Assembly (NCBI RefSeq): GCF_041146345.1
Contig: NW_027191404.1
Coordinates: 1,116,001 to 1,180,000, forward strand
Source: Neodothiora populina
Lineage: Eukaryota
Direction of reading: 5' to 3'
Length of the DNA stretch: 64,000 bases
Part shown: in pieces, positions 26,982-39,257 of the stretch
How positions within the stretch are numbered: the stretch's first letter is position 1
How the letters are laid out: the number at the start of each line of letters is the position of its first letter
Program-made: the position numbers and the translations under genes
Notes under the pieces: model-generated
What the model was told of the DNA's origin: nothing
What the model saw: the letters and a program-made list of their open reading frames with translations, nothing else
The model's database searches: none

Positions 26982-27457
26982 TGAGATGGCTTAATATCTC
27001 AGCGATGATTATCGAGTCACCATGGCATTCACGACGATGTGCATTTTATTGGGAGAGCAGGCGCTTATATCTGGCTGGAACACCGTTGACTGAGGCTGGG
27101 TTTGGGCGAGGGGTGCAGGTTACACGACGCACGGCAAAGGAGTTTCACGAGGCACACGGTGTAATCATTATGGACGAAGGCGTTTTTCGGTACTTGTTTT
27201 GAGATATATAATAACTTCTCTCATCAGTCCGTTTTGCTCCTGTGAGCCCTTCCAGCGAAGGGCAGATTATCCTAGAGGGGCCATGTCGCACAATGACTGA
27301 CATGCGCTTATCACCACCATCGAGAGCACTAAGTCCGAGCGACCCATTACTGGCAAAGGCATTGCAGCGATAATGCCCAACACGACATCCACAGTACACA
27401 TAGATGAAAACGAGCAGTATGACATGGACGACTCCCGACTCGATAGAGATCCAAGCG

Positions 27458-27492
27458 CAAGCAAGCAAAGCAAGCAAAGCAAGCAAAGCAAG
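27458..27492 (+). repeat. GCAA/GCAAA short tandem repeat
   Basis: CAAGCAAGCAAAGCAAGCAAAGCAAGCAAAGCAA seen directly. Confidence 0.85.
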
Positions 27493-28171
27493 AGCACCCG
27501 AGTGGGCGTGTGATCCGAACCCCGCCTTATCAGCGGTGAACCCTGAACAATGAAGCCCTGCGAGCCCTGCCCTGCCGTTATCTACAGCAAGAGTCTCTTG
27601 GCACTTTGACATTTGTGCGTAAGGTAAGGCATCGTATATCGAATACGTCACGCCTTATCTCTCTCACACGGAAAGTTCATTGTCGTTTTCTTCCCCGCAC
27701 ACAGACCAGATGAGCCGCTTGACTCTTGACTCGAGTCGAGTTCTGTATCGGCGCAGGTTCGGGGTCGGCGTTAATCGGAGGGGAAAAAAGAGCAGTCGCC
27801 GCGCTAGATTCTTTTGGGAGTTTTTGAATGGAAGGCGCGAACAGCAGCTTGACGGGTGTAAACAATTGAATGCGGATTTGTATAGATTTGCATACAGTGA
27901 CGCTTTGCGCAGCGACCCAACGCGACAAGTTTGTGTTCTTTTAGTTTCATACGGATCTATCGATTTACGCTCAAAGTACTCTCTGCTGTAGAAACATTGG
28001 CAGTCTGCCTGTTTGCATTCCGAGCATCACCATCACTACCAAAATAAACGCGCATCGCCCTTGTCGACCGAAAGCCTTCGACCACGACAAGAGTCTACAT
28101 TATATCCGACACTACGATAGCATATTCTTCTCTTCTCCGCATCAATAGCAAGAGAGACTACCGAGCCCAAA

Positions 28172-28953
28172 ATGGAAACAGCCCACCGAAGGATCGAGCT
28201 CCAGTCTCCAGCCGACCTGATCTATCTTCAGTCCAACACGACACGCGCCGCCCGCGCGAAGATTGATCTGCACTTTCCACCTTCTGCGGCACCAGAAGCC
28301 GGCGAGGAAGATGTCATGAGGAAGAGAGTGGAGGAGCTGGTCGATCAGGTATTTTTATTTTCTTATAGCAGACCGAGACCGAGAATGCTCATTCGATAAA
28401 GTACATACGCGCGACATTCGACCTGACGAAACCAAACCTCTCCATAAACGGCATAGACCCCGACGAAGACTCTTCTAAATCATTACCATCATCGACAACC
28501 GACACAGCTGAAGTCTACGAAGAGTACGAACCCTTCGACCATCGCCTGGCCTCCAAAATCCAACTCCTGACCTCCCAAATCGAGGCCTTGAACTTACAAC
28601 TAGCGAACCTAAGACGCAGCGCTCCTGCATCTGCATCTCAAGCCTACAAGACGCGCTCTCAGACGCAGCGGCTCGCTCACGTCGAGGCGCGACGAGAAGC
28701 AGAAGAGAAAGCCCTTGCGCAGGCTCTGGAAGATGAAACAAAGGAGTTGATGAGCGCCGTGGCGAAGGATCTCGAGCGAGTGGATGAGATGAGGGAGACT
28801 TGGGAGAAGGGCACCAAGACTCTGGGCGATGTGAGGCAGGGCGTCGGAGCTTCGACTGCGAAATTCGAGAGGGCGAGGCGCGCGGTCGATCATTTGGAGG
28901 GCATAGGAGGAAGTAACGGAGCGGCTGCCGCTTCTGGCGCTGCTGGCGCGTGA
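28172..28953 (+). CDS. mis14: Kinetochore Mis12-complex subunit Mis14/Nsl1-like
   Basis: HRRIELQSPADLIYL...AKIDLHFPPSA...RVEELVDQ/YIRATF...NLSINGID...EEYEPFDHRL. Intron 28349-28401. Confidence 0.8.
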
Positions 28954-30248
28954 TCGTGGGATCAAAGCTGTCCTCGATCATCACTCTGCCCCTCGACCAA
29001 CCCTCCTGAACGCTTACCTTGTTATTCTCCTCTTCATCGCCGAGACAGGACGAGACGAATTCAGATGGGTGCTCTTCGTCCTGTCTCTGAATCCAGCAGT
29101 TTCATGAGACAGGATTCATCCAGCGGTTCCGAAGTACACACCTGGTCCAGCAGAGCCATGGTACAGACTTCACCGAGCAGAGCCGCGAAACACGACCGGA
29201 CTGATTCACCGCATCTGGAAAACAACAGGATATACCCGCCATATCAGAAGACCGGGATTGACTAAGCGGCAATCAAGTCGCAGACAGGACATAGCGGGAG
29301 AACATCAATGCGTCCTCCCTGTCTGTCTGCTACTTACTCTACTCGCAACTTTGTCAGTTGCAATGCCTGCCTGCAACCTACTTCACTCGCAAACCCGACC
29401 ATTGCAAAGCCTGACCCGACAACTGTCCTCGGAGGAGGAAGAGAAGCGAAAAGGAACAGAAAGTGGGAAAGACGTGGAAAAAGCGCAGGCTTCGAGGTCG
29501 TGAGATGACTACTGCAGGGCCAACCCTGTCCCTTCCTTCATTTCGTCTGGTCGTTTTTGTGTTTAGCTACCTTTTTTTTACCTTGTCCGATTGCTACTCC
29601 TTCCCTCGTTCTTTTTCTGATTAGATACCCATCCTTGAATACATGTCGTCCCCATCAACACATGATACGTACATACACATGTACTAGAGTCGATGGTTGA
29701 AGTGAGTGTTCCGCTTCTCACTTTGGTGCTGTGTCACTAGGTGATGCGACATCGAGAATGACAGTGCTTTGTTACCATGTTATACACCTGGAGCACTTGG
29801 TATATACAGCTATTCTTGGTGTAAATAATACCTCAAGCACTTCATGATTACAAGCATCTCTCGGGAACAAGTGAGGTAAAAGAAGGTGTCAATTGGCGGA
29901 ATGTATACAAACACATACACAATCAGAATGAGACTTGATAGTAGAGACCGAGAAAAGGGCAATAAATACAGAACCTCTCCCCATTGCCAAGCAGAGAGGT
30001 AACGCAAAAAGTCAAGAGAAGGTCAAGTTACACAAACTCGAAACAAAAGCGCATAACAAAGAGCCCCGTGTGTCTAAAGAAAACCCACGACACCTTCGCT
30101 AGGAACAGAACAAGCGACCAAAAAAACCTAGCGCCTATCCAGCGCCGCATATTTTTTGAAGCACAAGAACACCCCGTATCAAAAACGACCACAGATACAA
30201 GAAAAAGAACTTCGAAGCTCGAAAAACTTCCCTTCGTTACATGTTTCT

Positions 30249-31250
30249 TTAGACCTCCATTTCCAGGAAAAGCCATTTGTCGCTGATACATGCTGGTGTG
30301 TTTGACCATTCGTCGAGCGTGGCAAGCTCGAAGCCAACCCAGCCCAAGTCTCTGGTCAAGTCCTTGACGTCCTCGCCATCGGCGGAGCGATCGACGCACA
30401 CTACGAGCTTGGAGCACTCGAAGTCGTCGCCGCTTGCAAGCTCCAACAGGGACATGAGTCTAACGAGAAGATTAGCCGAGGTCCTTAACAAGAGATGCAA
30501 AAGACAAATTTACCCTTGCTTAAGGTCCTTGCCGATGACTGGATTGTCGAAAAAGACGAACAACGCTCGTGATCCGTCCTTTTCGGCAACAAAGCCTCTG
30601 AAATGCACGCCTCCGGCGTAGTCCCAGATTTCCACCCACTCCATGACGTGCGATCCTGTGGTAGATGGCACCGGATAGGATGCGCCAAATCCATCCGAAG
30701 ACGGAGAAGGAGTGGGTAACTGGGCGCCAGAGTCGTGACGACCAAGACGACATTGCTGTCGGTCTTTGTTAATCGACATACCCGTCACTAGCGAGTCCTG
30801 AGTGGCAGAGTTCCCCTCACCAAGGAAAACAGCGCTCAGTGTCTCGCAGAAGAGTCTCTCACTCTCTTCCGTGATGGTGTATGCGGCGCCTCCGCTGCGC
30901 CTGCGGGTCTTCAAGCCAGGTCGTGCTGGCTCTACTTGTTGCGAAGACCCGTAAGGTGCGGCGCGCGGAGACGGCGGCGGAGATGGTATTCCCGTGCTGA
31001 CCTCAAACCCACCACCCGGCCCCTAGATTACGATCAAAGTCAGTCCTCGAATCGATGCGAAAACGGAAAAGAACATGTGCCACGTACCTCCTGCCCCGCA
31101 GGTAGAGTAGTGGAAGCCCTTGAGCGCCATCGAGGCAGCGTCGACGGTGTAGGCGCTGGCCTGGATGTTGCTACGGGCGGCAACCTCCTTGGTTGCCTGG
31201 TAGTAATTACTACTACTACTTTTATTCATTTGATTGGTAAAATTCGCCAT
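30249..31250 (-). CDS. OAZ1: Ornithine decarboxylase antizyme, expressed by +1 ribosomal frameshift
   Basis: ORF1 from ATG 31250, intron 31023-31087, ends TGG-TGG-GTT-TGA (31014-31003). The +1 frame continues EVSTGIPSPP...EESERLFCETL...WVEIWDYAGG..FRGFV...DLKQG (intron about 30461-30513) LMSLLELA...LVVCVDR...RDLGWVGFEL. Confidence 0.93.
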
Positions 31251-32838
31251 TGCAATGATGAGCCACGGTTCGGGTTGAGTAAGGGTTGACTCTGAGAGTG
31301 ATCTTCGTTGAATCGACAAAAAGCGAGGTCGGTGCGAGTGCCGGAGTATCTGCTGTAGACGAAAATTGGATGGCTGGCTTTGCAAACGGCTAGCGAAGCG
31401 TCTGTGTGTTGTTTTGACTTCTGTGGTGATGATGAATCTGGCGATTGAGTGTTGTTCTACGGAAAACCGGATGAAGAGAGGAGGAAGGAACGAGGGAGAG
31501 GAGGAAGTCGACGACGCCGCTGCTCACAATAAGGTAGGATTCGAACGAAATTGCTGGCCTGTGCGGGGGTAAGCGCAAGCGAGTCATCCAATCACCTCAT
31601 TGCCCGACACACGAGTCTCCTGTCCCAATCAACGAAGCCCCTCTCACAGTCACATGCTAGTATATGCCTTTTTTCTAGAACATGTCTGAAGTCTGAAACC
31701 ATGACACAATGCAAGCTGTATACAACGTGCAGCACTATGTCCTGCACCCACATTTCCCCCTCGAGATCAGATGTCGCCAGCATCGTACAAGCAGCTGGTC
31801 ATCAGACGTATCAGACGTATAGATACAAACAGTTGATGTTTGCCATGTTGGACACGTCTCAAGCATGCAAGTTCAATGTACGCATACTGTCGAGTACATT
31901 GCTCTTACTGTCATCACGAGGTAAGATATGCCGTTGTGCGTCTGCTTTGTATCTGCAACTTCATGCGCGTGCATCTTTCCGCCTTGAATGCATGAGCCCG
32001 CGATCTCGGTGTCAGCAAGATAATAGCCAGCATGAGGTTCACGATCGCTGGGTCCAATATGCATTAGACGATATGCACCCTCACGAGTGCCATTTTAATC
32101 GCAGCCTCACCATCCCACGTCTCTCTGCAGCGATTGCGATGCCCTTGTTGGAAGACCTTGCGATCGTGACACTTCCACTCCGCCAATCCCCCTCGGACAA
32201 CGCAAGCGTTGACGTTGTGAGAGGATTATCCGGTTTCAATTCTACGAATATTGTGGCATCATGCCTTGGCATTCATTAACCAAAACAGCCGTTCGCCCAC
32301 CCGCCCTGCCTATTCGGCAAATTATAACTTCTGCACTCATTTGACAGCTGATCCGTACAACCGCATTTCTCTCGAGGGAGCAAACTGGTAGATGTAGTCC
32401 GAGTCATCCACTCAGTGACGATGGATGTCCTGGTGGGAACAATTAGATTTCATATATGACAAGACCCTGCAAAAGCAGAAAAAGACGCTGGGGTATATCC
32501 GAGGCATACAAAGCGATGCTGCAAATCAACAAAATGCTAAAGTATTGTAAATCCAGATGACCGACCTAAGGCGATGTTCGCACTCTGCCGGCGTTGATGT
32601 GCATTGACAGTTCCAGCCGTCTATATGCGAGACGAGCATGTTCAAGCGAACACCCGCCCGCAATTCATTCCTTTCCTTCCCACATAGCTAGCCCGGGACC
32701 AGCAGTCGAGGGATCTGACCTCGGCAGTGGCACACTGACAAGTTGCTGCTGCTTGCCAAGGTTGGAGCTTCGTAAATAGAGTATGCATCCCTGTGGAATC
32801 TGGTTCGTAAACTCGTGCCATGGTCCGTATCAGCTAGA

Positions 32839-35800
32839 TCATCGTGATGTGTATGTAGCCTTGGGGTTGTAGAGGTCTGGGGATAGGTCCAAATACTGCT
32901 GCAAGTCCTGGAGGATTTTCAAGTCGAGGCATGCAGTTCTGGAAGAATCTTCTATCCTCCGTAGAAATCTGATGGTGCGCTCCAAATAATGACCGAGATC
33001 CTCTCGACTGACTAGGGCGCTGAGCCAACCTATTCTGGACGTGTGAGTCGCAGCTAGCACAAGTATATTTCCAAATTGGCTACAAGGTTTGCAAGTTAGT
33101 CGAGCTGCATTCTTCGACGTGAGAATAATCAAGACTTACGCGTGCGCTGTGCCCATTATGTTTGTGACAATCAAGCGATGGTCATCAACCTCGTCAAAAG
33201 CGGTCGTGCTTTTGATTGCTGACTCGATGCAGATTCTAACCTTCTCCTTGATGTTATCTTCAGACACCATCTGAATGGCTTTGAACAGTACAAGCTCCTG
33301 CTGCCGTATGTTACCTTCTGCATTTTTGGCAAGATCTTCGAGCTTTTGTCCCTGGTTGGCCCCTTCCATGATATGGAGTGCGTAATCGAGGAATGGTCGT
33401 GTGATCACATATCGGGCTCCGTAATACTTTGCCCGAAGCCTAGCAGCTAGTATGTCATGATGCGGGGCCTCATTGTCGTCCCAAAAAGTGATGGGATGAG
33501 GAAGCGCTCTCCAGCCTGTGAGCGTCCAATCCAAATCCTCTAGTGTACCCGCTAAAGATTTTGGGTCCTGTTTTGCTACTGTTCATTTGTCAGCAGGTAT
33601 GTTATTGAACGAAAAATGGGTGATGCTGACATCCTACGCTATAAACGCGAGTGTGAATTTGATTCAGGTGTTTTCTCAAGAACAGCTGAGCCGAGTAGTA
33701 GATATTGATCATGTCGAGATCCGTGGCTGATGCTGAGACGATTTTACGTGACGCCTCTTCATCTAGCACATTGTTCGGCCAGTTCACAATGCCTTCTAAG
33801 GTTGATAATCCACTGTGTGGATAGTCGAGCTCCGCTAGAATGTCGCTGGGCACAGTCAGTATTCTGTATCAAGTGTCATAGGTTTGTAGCTCAATACCTT
33901 TCCAGCTGTAAACATGTCCAGTAGGCTAGGAGCGTCAGATTCTTGGTTTTGTCGAAAATCTTGTGGGGATTATAGGTCTTATTAAGCCCCTCCCTGTTGT
34001 CCAAGTTAGTATCACAGATACAGAAGCAGACTTTGAATCTCCTTACCTCCTGATCCTGTATTGACAAGTACGAGAAGCAAGATGAAGCCAATTATAGCTC
34101 TCTTGCACTCGAGAGAGTTGTCCCTTATATAATGCCGCTAGTAGACGCGCCTGAGCACTCGGAAGGTCATTTGCATCCGCAAAGTCGCCGAGCATTGAGA
34201 CTGCCTCTCGGTAATAATCCAGGCCGGGTATTACATCCACGTTTGTGACATACTTCTTCGACATGCTGGGGGAATCCTCGACAAATGACGAACTTCGGCT
34301 GTCCATTTTAGAGTCTCCGCCCGTCGGAGGGGTGAAACTTGTAGTAGTTGAAGGAGGAGAAGAAGGGGAAGGCTTCACATTCATCGGGGAATCGCTGGTC
34401 TGGGATTGACCTATGATGTTCGACTTGTTCTCGTTCTCAAGAGGCCCAGGTATCTTGACAGCCCCACACACTTTGCCGAGAGCAAAGACAAGGTAGACGA
34501 CAGCATTGATCACTGTCCGCTCGGGCTGCAAGCGGCGTTTACTGCTCGTGTCTGAAGACGAGCAAAAGTAGGAGCTGCCTCCCAGATTGTCGGATCGTTT
34601 GCGTTTCGCACCAGCCCTTTGATTGTCGCTGATGCCATTGACAAACATGGGGGAAACAGGATGTTTGCTCGAATCGGAAGAATACATGCTAATGAACCAT
34701 TTGACGTACTTGCCAAAGTTGTCGATATCGAGGAAAGGATGCAGCCGATGAATGTGTTGTTTGTACTGCTCATACAGTCGTAACAAGGTCGTCGAGTCCA
34801 TTTCCATACGTGCGAGCGACGATGACTCGGACCGTCCAGACTCGTCGCGGCCGAAGAGGCTCCGCATTTCAGGTGATGGCGCGTTGCACAAGTCGTCGCC
34901 TCCCATGCTTTGAGCTGCTGGACTGACAGCACCGATCGCTATGTTCTCTTCGAGAACGCGTTGCTCTCCTCGGCCATATAGCCTAAGACAGCCACGGTCT
35001 TCTACGTCGATGGGGTAGTTTTCGGCTATCGTGTCTTTTTCAGGTATGAGCCTGTTAATGGACGGCCACCGCCACAGCAATTTGTGTGCTGCAGTGGTGT
35101 GTTCGGCATAGTCGCTGTCGTCTAGGACAGCGGCGGTACGCGATTCTTTGTCGACTCGAGCCTGCCTCTCCTGCCCGTCGGCACTCGCCGGGGTGTCTCC
35201 GAGGCTAGGTTGGGCAGAACTGCGCTCCTTTTTGACTGGACCGTTCTCCTGGATTTGCTTCTCCAGGCTACCAATCCGATCGGTCATGGCCTTTAGTTGG
35301 TCGACCATTGTTTGCATGGTTTCCGCGAGCTGTGCATTGCTCTTGTCTACCTTTGATGGTTGACTGTCCTTGTAATGACACTCGATGTTCTGTTCCTTAC
35401 ACGTCGAACACGGTCGTTGCTCGTCACATTTCGATTTCCTCTCCCGACACTTGTCGCAGGCCTGAATGTACGTTAGTGAATCCGAAGGCCAGAATCGATC
35501 GACGCTGAGAGCTGATTGCATCTTACCTGGCTCGCTCGCATACTTTTCTTCCTAGTATTTTGGTTTGCCAAGTGCTGCATGTTGGGATAGAGATAACTCT
35601 GGGGGTGGTAGGCAGGATGAGGCGCATAGGGACCATGCTCGAGTATCGCAGGCCCCGGATGGGGCTGCGGTGGATACATCATATGGTGCGGCTCGTGATG
35701 AGGTGGCGGTGGTGGGGGATGTGCCGCGTACAAAGTCTGTGTGTGATGACCATTCTCCATCGGCAGTGGTCTCTCTATAGGTGGTGGTGCCTGACCAGGC

Positions 35801-36186
35801 GGAAGCAGTGGGGTGCTTGGTGTTCGCTGGAAGGGACCTTCGATATGATTCCTCAGTGTAGGCGTTGCTTGACCAGAATGGGGCCCACTGTAGCCATGGT
35901 CCGGTTTGTCCTGTGCTTCGGGATGCGATTGGGTCGAGGGAGTGTGTGACGTGGTATGCAGCGGTGGAGGCGGAGGGGGCGGAGGTTGAGCAGGATGGAA
36001 GCGTGTGCTTGACAGTGAAGAGAGCCCTGGGAGATTCTGAGGAGGATGCTGTTGACTCGAGGCTGGAGCTGCCACTACCGGCGACAGTATTGCCGGGCCT
36101 GTCGAGTATCCAGTCTGGTGGTAAGGAGGGAGAGTGTGAGAATGATGCTGGTCAGCAAGGATGCTCACGTTGCGCTTGCTTGACAT
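32839..36186 (-). CDS. Zn(II)2Cys6 transcription factor (multi-exon)
   Basis: RASQ/ACDKCRERKSKCDEQRPCSTCKEQNIEC binuclear cluster split by intron 35462-35527. Pro/His-rich N-terminus, fungal TF middle region, C-terminal RLIVTNIMGTAHA/QFGNILVL. Start may instead be ATG 36296 via an in-frame intron 36194-36285. Confidence 0.9.
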
Positions 36187-37116
36187 GATCTCGCTACGCG
36201 CAGGCCATGCGTGTGGCTCATGCGAGAAAAAAAAAAGACGTCTATGCAGTACTCTCTTGGAATGACGCTCAGGACACACGCTCACACGCGCGGCATGTTT
36301 GAATTTCTGGCCGGCGAAGGTAAAGATCAGGAACAGTGATGGGTACTGCTCAAGCCTGTACGGGAGAGCCGAGACTCGAAGGATAGAAGCTTCCGGGGAT
36401 GAGGTCAAGCCCAAACGGCTTTCGCACAAACGGTAGGGCAGAAGTGGGTACTAACGATGTGCAAACGGATGACAGTTATGACGAAGGGGGAGAGAAAAGA
36501 AGGCTTGCGGTCAGTTGAAGCGATGGTAATCTTGCTGGATTTTCGAATGGGTTCCCGTTGCGTGGGAACGATCGATGGTGAGGGCAACTCGCTCCAGATG
36601 CTAAACCCAAGATTACAACCCTTGCTAGTAGATCTTCACCGTGCCCTCGGAGCAAGGATGGCTTGAAGCAGGCGCAGACGCTAATGGAGGTTAATCTACG
36701 CGTACTTAATTAGTTGGCCTCAGGCGGTGATAGAAGGAGGGGCTTTGGACACACAGCTGCTTGACCTGCTTGGGTAGGTCAGGTATACTACTGTAGGGTG
36801 CAGAGTAGTATGTACAGCTCACACTTCACGGAGCAGCACTGTATGCGTGTAATTGTGCGTGCGTAGGTGTGTGGGAGTGTGTGTGAGTGTGGTGTGTCGC
36901 CGTCGAGGACCTTCCCCAGTCGAGACCCTTCAGAGCCCAAGACCAGCTTCGAAACTTTGTCGATGGTTCGTTTCCTGCTAGCGGTCGGACACGTTTCTAA
37001 ATGCGGACCAATCGTGTGGCAGGCTCGCTGTCAGAAGAACAGAGGGAGATGACTGGTTTCGCAGATTACGTTGAAAAGAAAGGAGGGGTGTGGGATTGCG
37101 AGCTCACTCCACTCTA

Positions 37117-37118
<2 letters not shown>

Positions 37119-37150
<32 letters not shown>
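37119..37150 (+). repeat. (GCT)n microsatellite
   Basis: About 10 GCT units in the long region upstream of the Zn2Cys6 gene. Confidence 0.95.
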
Positions 37151-39257
37151 GAGGAGTTGGGATGATGATGACTACCGCTATTGCAGCTGATACTATGGCA
37201 GCTCGCAAGACAAGTCCCGCAACCTAGGTTTTAGCCAATGTTGCACAAACACGCCGCTTTCGTGATCATCGGGGTCACGTTCGCCTTCTTTAATTGGCGG
37301 TCTGCTTCGAGATGGTTAAGACGCGCAGCGTGAAGCAGGCAGGGATCCCATAGATCAGAGCAAGGGAAAAAAAAATTGGCCGAGAGCAATTCCAAAATCA
37401 GATCTCGAGGCTTGAAGTCAAGGCTGAGCTGCTCAGCACCTCCCACGTGCGCGTAGCTTTTAGATTGGCCAGGGGAAAGTCGGGCAGCGCATCTTCCGCA
37501 CTGCTACCACAACACAACTTGCCACCCACCGCTAGTCGAAACTATGACAGAATGGCCGGGAAAGCCTCTATCGCATTAGACCTTGAGTCCACCACGCCAG
37601 GTTCGGAGCTTCCACGTACTCTTTCTCTCGGCTTTCCCCCTTCCATGCGCATCAATGCTGTCCTTCAATAACACAATGCTGCTTTCCATATGAACTGAAC
37701 CACACCTGGAAGCTCGCGACGCAGACCTCATGCATGTACATCCAATCAGATCTCCATGATCTCTGCAGCAAGGTAATATCCCTCTGGATCGGTCGTGTGA
37801 GATCGGGTACCGGCCAGTCGCTTCTCAGCCGACCAGCGGCGGTGTGCGGGCAGTGATCTGCTGGGGGCGATGTGTTTCAGGATTAAACTTATTTCAGTCA
37901 ATGCTTATATGCCGGGTGTACCTGCCCACCCGCGTTCTTTGAGTTTGATGATTGAGCGGAAGCTCGAGATTTACAGCCGAGTGTACCGTCGGATCACTTA
38001 AGGTCGCCGAACCTTGATCTTAGTAAAGCGGGGGTTTCTTGCAATGTTCTGTGATTCCAGAGCTTCTATCATGGAGTACTGTGGTGTGTGTTCAGCAGAG
38101 GTGTAGAGCACCGGCATTGCGGTTTGTGGTGAGCGACCATTGGCCGACCGAGTCCACTCGATGTGGCCCGCGTAGGCTGCTTATTGGCGTTTTGGCCTCC
38201 ATAGCATGTCACCAAGACCCCAAGGACGCTGCATGCTGGCGTTTGCAGCAATAAAATTCCTACACTAAGGTACTCGAGAAAAGTCCATGAAGCATGTATG
38301 ACTCACGCTACAAGACAGCACAACAAGATCCTTGCAGTAGCACCGAACGATTCACCGTATAATGCGTACGCTTGCTCCCATGAGAATCGGCATGGGTTAA
38401 CCGCTCATTGTTCGTTCGTGAAAACAGCATTGCCATATAGATAGCCTATTCTTGACAAATCATTAGATTCGCGCCGCCGCTATCCGTTGTAGACCGCAGT
38501 CGGTCGTGCTATACTAAGGTAGGTACGGTATCCGATTATGTACGAGTACTGTATATCCGACCGGTGCATCGCATCTTGTCTACAGTACGGGATATGCAGG
38601 CCCGATGGTACGCAACGCGCACAAAGGAATTCGAGGCGCTTTACTTGCAGGCGAATGTGGCGTTGGCTTCAGGTAGCAAGCGCTTCATGGTAGACGCGGC
38701 TGCAAGACTATCGGCATAGCAGCGGTGGTCGGTTGTACAGGGCCAAGATGTTTTTGCGCCGCCTTCCAAATACGAGGGCTTACTACTGGCCATCGCACTG
38801 CAAGGGTAATATATTGTGGATAGTGATCTGCACTCTGGCGCCTCACAGCTTTGACACCTGTCATAATATCTGCAGCAGCGTTTCGCTAACTTTCTGATCA
38901 GTGATTCCAGTGTCCTGGTCATTCAAATAACAAGCCTATTATGCCGAACTGTTCCGCTGGTTTATTCATTGCCCTAATAAAAATGCTCGCGGGGGGCTTG
39001 AGGCCATCGTGCAAATACAAATCTTCCCGTAACCTTCTCATACTCAATGAAGACATGTCGTGCAGGGCTAGTAGCATGGCAGTGAAACGGTTTGCCCATC
39101 GGATCGATGGTGTGAGGGGCGCATGCATACAAACTGTAGTCACGGGTAAGCGAACCAATGATTGGGCCAACAGATATAGTAATCATCAATGTCATACTGG
39201 ACAGAAGCTGTTTCCGCTGTCCCAGAGGATCGGGGAGCGAGGAGAAGGCTGTAAACT

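Noticed and set aside
37470..37490. GGGGAAAGTCGGGC resembling the RNase P/MRP CR-I motif
   Set aside because: No matching CR-V partner seen downstream.
36430..39250. Possible hidden gene in the 2.8-kb gap upstream of the Zn2Cys6 factor
   Set aside because: Only short ORFs without motifs or consistent splice signals; consistent with a long regulatory region.
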